The translations under genes and the position numbers were made by a program. The notes beneath the pieces were generated by a model. It saw only the letters and a list, made by a program, of their open reading frames with translations. It did no database searches and was not told the origin of the DNA. From Balanoglossus misakiensis (Eukaryota; Animalia; Hemichordata), in assembly GCA_040954595.2 (NCBI GenBank), contig CM082582.2, positions 558,001-622,000 of the forward strand: a stretch of DNA of 64,000 nucleotides. The letters run 5' to 3'. This document shows positions 56,201 through 64,000 of the stretch, piece by piece. How positions within the stretch are numbered: the stretch's first letter is position 1; each line of letters starts with the position of its first letter.

Positions 56201-59200
56201 TCAGTTTAGGACCAACATCTGCGGTACTGTTTGTTTGTGTGCGAGTCCCTTCACTACAAAAACATGAGAACCACCTCATGTGTCAAGTCATGTTGTATTC
56301 ATAGGGTGATGCGTCCTGGACTTGCCCTTGATATCATCCTCTGCTCATGAACACATTTTGTGTTTATAAACAACGAGTTTGTAACTTATGTTTGTACTGT
56401 ACATGTTATCATTTATCTAGGTACATTTGCCAACATCATCTTCAAAGAAACTATTCCATAAAAGAATGCTGAAAGAGTTTGAGGAAGACTTGGGTATCAA
56501 GAAGGACGACAACATTAAATATGAGTATTTCACAGAAATATGGCAGAAACACCTGCCAGAATTTGTCATTCCAAAGGTTAGTAGGAAACATTTGGAGGAA
56601 ATTTGTCATCAGTTGCATATGTGTCAGGACTAATTTTCAGATGATGCTTTTTAAAAGTTCTTTCTGATTGAAGCTAGTCGATAGTTCAAGAGGGCATCAA
56701 CAGATGCTGACCAGAGGGGGGGGGGGGGGGTGTTTAGGGCAACTTTTGTCATTTTCAACCTAAAACATGCAACCACCAATTGGGCATACTTTCTGCTATA
56801 TAGTACTTAAATTGCTTTGCTGTCCTATTTTAGAGGTAATTAGATCAGCAGTAGACCATATGTATCAAAGAAAGTTAACATTCTTGATTGTATCAATGAA
56901 TAGATCAAGTGTAAATAATGTATCATTGATGTGATTTTTTTTCTGATTTTACAGCGTCAAGAATTTGTGAAATGTAGCATATGTGTTCAGCTGAAGGAGG
57001 ACCTTGCTCGGGCAAGAACGGCAACGGAAAGAGAGAAGATAATGAATTTGATTGACACACATGTGCAGCAGGTTGAGTAAGTATACAGTTTGGGGAACTA
57101 AAAAAAACTAGATTGTGTATGAAAATGTAATCGGACAAGCTTGACAAATGTCTTTAGAAATATTTTTTATTCAGTTTTAATTGAGAAGTACCGGTATGCT
57201 TTCATGACGATTTGATAGAATGGACTATAATTAACCCCTGAACATCTCTTTAATGTTACAGACCAGCTCATGAGTTTTTCTGAAATAGTCACTTTTACTA
57301 AAATGGACTGTTTTCATTACCGTAGGGTGTAAATGCAGGTTTAACTCAATGAAAAATATGTATGTTGTGTACACAATTATATTTTCATTGTTTCTTTACA
57401 GGATTGAAAGACGGGTGTACCACAATACACGAGAACAAGCTAGAAAAAGAGGCAGATGAAGTAATGTGTATAATCCAAGATGGCATGGACCAAGCAAAAA
57501 CCTGTATTCCCCATCTTGTTGAGAATGACAAGTTGACTGCATGTCTTGCTCGTATAAGACTTCATCTTACTGGTAAGATAAGATTTTAGAAGGGTTGGTT
57601 GGCCATGGCATCTGTATGTTTTCTTTGGTTATGTGTACGTCAGTCAAATGACACATCATGAGGTTTTGTTGTGCAAATGTACCCCACTGTGTTACACATG
57701 AATTATTGTCAGTCAATTATCTTTTGCTCCGTTTGTTTTTTACTGAACACCTACACATTCATATTTTTACATTTTAGGAAATATCATTCACACAAATGTA
57801 CCAGGGGGCAAGATAGTGCCAGCGTATTTGGATGTACTGAACTTTCCACATGACAGCAATCTGTCGATGAACCTCCTTTTGCAGACTTTAGTAGACAACA
57901 AAGTCAGACTATCAAGGAGATTGTTTGCCCAGATGGACAATTGTTACCGGGAGAACAAGAATAGATACATGCTGTCTCTTGGACATCTTCTGGTTGAGTT
58001 GAACATATTTGACCAGGTAATAATTTATTTACTTCATGTACAGTTGCATGCAAACTGTACCATTACTATATTGTTGGTCAATTACATTGCATATCGTTTG
58101 TCCCCATTGTTTAATTTCTGTCCATTTGGGTATGAGGAATTGCCACAGGTTGTTCACTGAGGTCAGTCATCAGGTGATTCTGCATGATTCAGTATAGTTA
58201 TTTAGACAAACAGGTCACAATGTGTAACATGAATAGAGTAAACTTATTTTCAAAAGTTAGAGCTGCTATCCTTTTAAACTTGATGTAAACTGGACTCGGG
58301 GTTTGTTCATGACAGATCAAATCCTTTCAAATGAACAAAAGGGTACTCTCACACCCCTGTTACAGTCAAAGGCTCTGGCAGTTGTCACTTCTTTGATTTT
58401 TAACTTTATGTTAGTGGGTCCATCAGACCAGACAAAAAAAATCTCTGTGGTTTAACCTTGCATAAATATTAGTCCCAGACCTTAGACCAATGAATTTGCT
58501 CACCCCTGTGAACAGCTGATGTGTGTAGGAGCCCTTTTCTTACAATTGCAAAATGTTAATCATTCTTATCAGTGTATAAATTTTAATGATAGAATTTAGT
58601 TTAATATCTCATGCAGTTCGTCAAGTATATGCTGATCATGTTTTTTTGAAATCAGTAGAAATGTACGTTTCTTTCAAGTCAGATATTGTCACTTCATGAT
58701 TTTGAACATGACATTGTTTATGCTACACTATGCATTGAATGTATATATATATTTGACATGTGTCGACCCTGCGCATAACTGTCAATCTTATGCTCCATCG
58801 ATGTTGAAGTGTATTGAATACATAGTTTTGATAGATACGTAAACATACCCCTTAAAACTGATTGAATGAGTTCTTTTGTGTTCTCTTGCAGGTTGACTTC
58901 CACTTCCTACCAGTTGGACACACACATGAAGATATTGATCAACTGTTCTCATGCATTAGTAAACTACTCCGGAAGACAAATGTGTATACTATGGCAGGTG
59001 AGACAGTTGTCATCAACTTTCGATTAAGATTGTATGATTATCACTTTTTGACTGATAAAATCAGCTACTTTATAGTTCATATTCTAAATCTGCAAAAATA
59101 TGCAATTAAGTAAAAAAAAACGTGTAAAAATGGTCAAAAATAAAATCTCACTACTAGGCAAATTGGTGAACAGGTACCTAAGGTTGAGACTTCATATACT

Positions 59201-59974
59201 TTTCTTAATTTTGTATCTTGGCAATTTTCTTCACATATGGTAAAGAATCCACTCTGAATTGGCTTGCCAAATTGCTTTGAAATTTGGATGACAGACATAT
59301 TTGTCTATAATTGGTTAAAAAACTACAATCACAAAACAGGAAGTGTTGTGTTCTGAATATAACTCTGGTGTTCTCAGCACAGTATGACAGACAAGTAATC
59401 ATTTTAGTGTCATTAGAACTCTCATTCTAAGCGTGTAGAATCTGAGATACAGTAGGGCCAATATCTACACAATCATCATTCAGGTCAGTGTTCAAAAGTA
59501 AAATAAAAGGTTAGATCTAGAGAATAGGAGATATGTAATAATGATATAGAGAATAGGAGATATGTTATAATGATATCACGGGCTGTTTGGTGATATGAAG
59601 GAACTGGCTTATAGTTTGGATGCCTTCAAAGCATGGAAGACCACAGGAGAAAAAAATCCAATTAAAGTCATTCTGATATGCCTGATGCACTTGTGTAAAG
59701 CATGTTATTGTAACTGCACAATTTTACTGTTGTCCTCAAGGTAATATAATGGTACAGCCTGATCTGAAACCAGGAATATTATTACCTATTAAACACCCCT
59801 GTGATTTTTTTTTGTCTGCAGATATGGAGCGGATTATCACTGGCTGTTATAATGTACCTGTCTTCGTGAAACATGTAATAATAAATAATAATAATAATTT
59901 ATTTGTATAGCGTCAGTATCCACAAAAAAATGTGATCAATGACGCTTAAAGCAAAAGTACAATACAACAAATGG

Positions 59975-61740
59975 CTAAAAAACAGATTTAAAAAGTAAAG
60001 TTTTAACATTTGATTTAAAAACAGATAAGTCTGGTGCCTGGCGAATGGTGAGTGGAAGATTATTCCAAAGAATTGGAGCAGCAACAGTAAAAGCACGATC
60101 ACCATAACTCTTGGTGCGTGATCGAACAGGGCAGAGTTTGAACTGATCAGCTGACCTTAAATTGCGACATGGAACATATAGATTAGTCATGCTAGAAAGA
60201 TAGATTGGACCAAGTTTATGAATGGATTTAAAAATGAGAACTACATCTTAAAAACAATACGCTCTGTAACAGGTAGCCAGTGCAACTGATACAAAATTGG
60301 AGTGATGTGACAGGTGATTTTAGAACGAGTTACAATTCTAGCAGCAATATTCTGAACGCGTTGGATACGGTTGATTGAATACTTCGGGAGCCCAAATAAA
60401 AGTGAATTACATGAATCAATTCGAGACGTAGTGAATGCATGAACTAATTGCTCTGTAGCTGAATGAGATAAATATTTGCGGATAAGCGCAATGCGACGTA
60501 AATGAAAAGTGGCAGAGCGGCAGATCAGTCCAATATGTGGCTTCATTGTCAGACAAGAGTCAAGGATCACTCCAAGGCTCTTAGCCTGACAATGGACGGG
60601 AATCAGAGAATCGCCAACACGAATTTCTGAAATCCCTCTAGCAGACAGATCACCCAAAATACCAGAGAAAATAACAAATTCAGTCTTATCATCGTTTAAG
60701 CACAAGAAGTTTTCAGACATCCAAAACCTAACATCAGAAATACAAAGTTCAAGATTTGAAACAGTTCTTGCTGCGTTGTCTTTACTAAAAGACATATAAA
60801 GTGAAGAGTCATCTGCATAAAAACTATAAAGACAACCATGACTTTGAACTAATTCACCTAATGGAGACGTGTACATATTGAAAAGTATGGGACCAAGAAC
60901 TGATCCCTGTGGTACCCCAGTGTCGAGCGGATAAAAAGGTGATTGGGTGGAATTTACAAGTACACACTGACTACGATTGGAAAGGTATGACTTAAACCAC
61001 ATGAGAACAGTATCTGAGAGACCGAAGCAGTCTCTTAAGCGATTGAGTAAAATGGTATGGTTCACAGTGTCAAATGCTGCGGAAAGATCGAGTAATACCA
61101 AGAAAACATCTCTTTTTTCATCAAGAGCAAGCAAAATGTCATTTGTTACTTTGAGGAGAGCAGTCTCAGTACTGTGTCCTGGCTTGTAAGCAGATTGCAA
61201 AGGCTCGTCCAATGAATGGTTGACAATGTGAGAAGTCAGTCTCTTGGCAAAAATACGTTCCAGGATCTTCGACAAAAACGGCAGGTTGGATACAGGACGG
61301 AAATTTTTGAGAACTTCATGATCAAGAGATGGCTTTTTAAGTAGAGGTTTAACGATGGCTTCCTTGAAATGAGGAGGTACAGCACCATACTGCAGAGAGT
61401 TATTGAAGATTTCTGTGATATGTGGTAACAAAACTTGTAAAATGTCAGAATGTTTGAAGATCTTGGTAGGAATCGGATCAAGGCGACAAGTAGATGAAGG
61501 CGATGCACGAATAACCTTGTCAATTTCATCAGCTGTTGTAGGCTCAAAGGCATTAAGGCGACAATCGGATTTCAATTCAGTTTGTGGTTGTGAATGATGT
61601 CGAATGGAATTGCCCATATTTATAGTTAGTGATTTTACGCGATTAATGAAGAATTTTGCAAAACGATTTGCTAATTCCAGAGAATCATCATGTTTTGGTA
61701 GTACAGTGGATGTGTTATTGTGACCAAGCAGTCCCTTTAC
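59975..61740 (-). pseudogene. L2-type reverse transcriptase, frameshifted near 60241
   Basis: LDPIP, KPLLKKPSLD, FRPVSNLPFLSKILE, HSTETAL, LDLSAAFDTV, GVPQGSVLGP, YADD. The C-terminus YGDRAF..AAP.LWN.LP continues in ORF 59975..60190. Confidence 0.92.
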
Positions 61741-61789
61741 GACCTTGAATAATTGTTTTTGGTTACCTGAGCACTCGTCAACAAGGCCG

Positions 61790-62273
61790 ACATGTCATGA
61801 TATTTCCGGGCATTTGGGCAGTTCAGATTGTCAATATGAAAATTGAAGTCGCCAGTGATGACAAGAGGGGCGTTGTTGGTGAGATGAGAAGACAAGAAGT
61901 CAGTGAAGTCATTAACGAAGTCATCAACAGTGAAACCATTTGTTTTATTCGGAGGAGGACGGTAAACCGTGGCTAGTGTGATATGCGACGATGGAGTTTT
62001 TATACGTACCTCCATTAATTCAAACGACTTGATTGAGGTAGAAGGTGGACATTGTGACACTGACAGTGAAGATTTAAAAATCGTAGCGATGCCTCCCCCA
62101 CGACCTTTACGCGGAACACTGATGATGCTATAGCCTGGTGGCAGATTTTCATTGATGAGGGATGAATCACTGTCATCGTCACGAAGCCACGTTTCAGCAA
62201 GCATTAAAACATCCAAATGACAGTCTTGCAGGAATTCGTTGATAGCTGTGGATTTATTGCACAATGATCGACA
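61790..62273 (-). pseudogene. APE endonuclease N-terminal part of the L2-type LINE
   Basis: CRSLCNKS, LAETWL, RKGRGGGIA, VYRPP, ITGDFNFH. It breaks off near 61790 and joins directly to the pre-RT region, which indicates an internal deletion. Confidence 0.88.
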
Positions 62274-64000
62274 GTAACTCATGTGTTTGATATTAAAAAG
62301 TGGTTGGTCCCACACATGAGCAAATATTTCAGAGGACAGTCGAAACCATTGTGTTTTCAGTTCAAGAAAGTAGATGGGCAGACCAGAATGCGTTATCGGC
62401 ACTACTCTACATCTGTCTGGAGGCCAACAGTCCAGTATCAGCAGGGAACCACCACACCAATTGATGAAAGTTTGGGGCTAAAGTGCTTACAGGTATTTAT
62501 ATTATATGATTTATATGCATCAATATAGAAGTTTGCAGTGCCCTGAAGACGTAACATGAAAAGGGGGACCATGCAATATTAGTACTGAGCTGATTTGACA
62601 TTTTTAAACTTATTTTAATGAGATCGACTTCAGTCATATCATGAGAGCAATTGGGCAATTTTGAATCAAAATATTTCCACCAGTTACAATTTACAAAAAT
62701 CCTTTTGCCTGAACTGAAAATATTTTAAAATTGTAGTACTGATCAATGTACATGCTGTTTATCTCATAGAGTGTGCCAGATATCAATGACGTTCCAGATT
62801 TTGTACAGCCATGCATAGAAAAAATGGACCCTGTGAAGCTAAAGAAGGATATCCCAGACAGTTATGAATGGAGAATACCCAGGGATGCTGACAGAGAGTG
62901 CCTGAGGGACTTTGTGGAAAATGTTGAAATATATGAATAGGTGTGTTATACTTCAGACATAAAAGGCATACTGGATATGACAGTTATTTTCAGAACACAT
63001 ATTGCAGAGAAAGAACATGCAATATAACATTCCTTTTGAAAAGCATAATTCCTTTGAGTGGTGAATTAACTATAAACTCACAATTTTTCTTAGTCTTTGC
63101 GGACAGCGTCAGGGGGACTGGGCTCTGTCCAGTCCTGGGGGAGGGGGGTATGGTCAATCTGCCCATCTATCTGTCAGTTCATGTGTCCGCCGCAAAGAAC
63201 ATGATAAATTTGAAGACATGGCTTGTTGCAGATAAGCGTTTTCCTAACTGCTCGAGTTTTTCTTTCGTGGATAATTATATATTATGCACTCTGATTCACT
63301 TGTAGGTTCCACCAAACAGACCAACAACATGGTTTTTCCATGATCTGATTGAAGCAGCAGACCAAAGAAGGCAAATGGAAACAGAACAGACACTACCAAG
63401 CCACCTTGAAGTGATCAGGACAAGAATTGAAAGAGAGTGTGATGATGTAAGTAGCATTTTAATTGTAACTATCACTGGTTCAAGACAGAATTACACTAAT
63501 GATAAATAGTGTTCTGAAAATGTACATGTGGATATATAGTGAATCAACATTCAACCACACACAACTTCCATCCCACTTGCAGAAACACACAAGTGAAAAA
63601 TTCAAAAATTCAACTTGCGAAAATAAAATGTTTTACTTATGTTTTAATCCCTTTAATGTGGGCAGCACGTACTTAGTATATTGGCAAAGTAAAATTATTC
63701 CTGTCGACGGCAAAGGAGTAGATGTCTGTACATGCCAAAATTAGGCTCAGCTAGACTGAACTTGCCCTGGGTTTGGAGTTTGCCTGAAAAAAATTCAATT
63801 CTCTTTTAGACTATCAGCCATTTCAACTAGAAAAGCTAAATTAAAGGGTAACTTCACCTTTAAAGGGGACTATTTTTCATGACAGGCTTGATCATGATTT
63901 TTTTCTTTATTGTTAATAGCAAAGTCATTTTGGAAAGAAAAATTATGAAAAGTGAAAACTCAATGTGATAAATAAAGTGTTAAATCTTATCAATCTTATA

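Larger units (their letters stand above)
59879..62273 (-). mobile_element. L2/CR1-group LINE, 5'-truncated and internally deleted, inserted into a transposase exon
   Basis: (TTA)n-type tail at 59879-59900 preceded by a GCGTCA...TGACGC stem-loop typical of L2 3' ends; GTAA duplicated at 59875-59878 and 62274-62277; EN and RT remnants present. Confidence 0.92.
55083..63446 (+). pseudogene. Spliced DUF7869-type (Sola-like DDD) transposase gene, inactivated; probably continues beyond the window
   Basis: GT-AG exons at 55083-55985 (in-frame TAA at 55830), 56421-56576, 56955-57076, 57402-57572 (frameshift), 57778-58016, 58892-58997, 59822-59878 + 62278-62492 (split by a LINE), 62770-62940 and 63306-63446. 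Motifs: HGN, GDWMP/VHLP, KCSIC..H, IIQDGMDQ, QMDNCYRENKN, FLPVGHTHEDIDQLFS, VFDIKKWL. Confidence 0.85.

Noticed and set aside
59515-59578. 28-bp tandem duplication (also short duplications at ~54521-54580 and ~48822-48851)
   Set aside because: These are ordinary local slippage duplications in introns or intergenic DNA.

Overview
Eukaryotic (metazoan, probably marine invertebrate) repeat-rich DNA with no ordinary host gene. Bases 1-43252 are a composite ~2.05-kb tandem satellite. Each unit has an AT-rich block of ~167-bp/334-bp subrepeats, a poly-C tract, a ~230-bp unique spacer and an array of alternating 81-bp monomers. The array flips orientation at a fold-back junction near 17.44-17.68 kb, forming a very large imperfect palindrome whose arms each carry a copy of one 5'-truncated L1/Tx1-clade retrotransposon (one ORF2 intact, one frameshifted). 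The right arm also contains a 5'-truncated BEL/Pao LTR element and a ~960-bp Crypton-like insert with a structured terminal hairpin. Bases 43.3-64 kb hold two divergent, intron-rich, decaying genes that the ORF track fragments. One is a minus-strand gene with a ParB/Srx-like domain and a possible degenerate methyltransferase-like C-terminus; the other is a plus-strand DUF7869-type (Sola-like DDD) transposase interrupted by an L2-clade LINE. Several MITEs are also present. The ParB-like/transposase pair is the best candidate for an undescribed large-transposon system. All family assignments come from motif recognition by eye, not from database searches.
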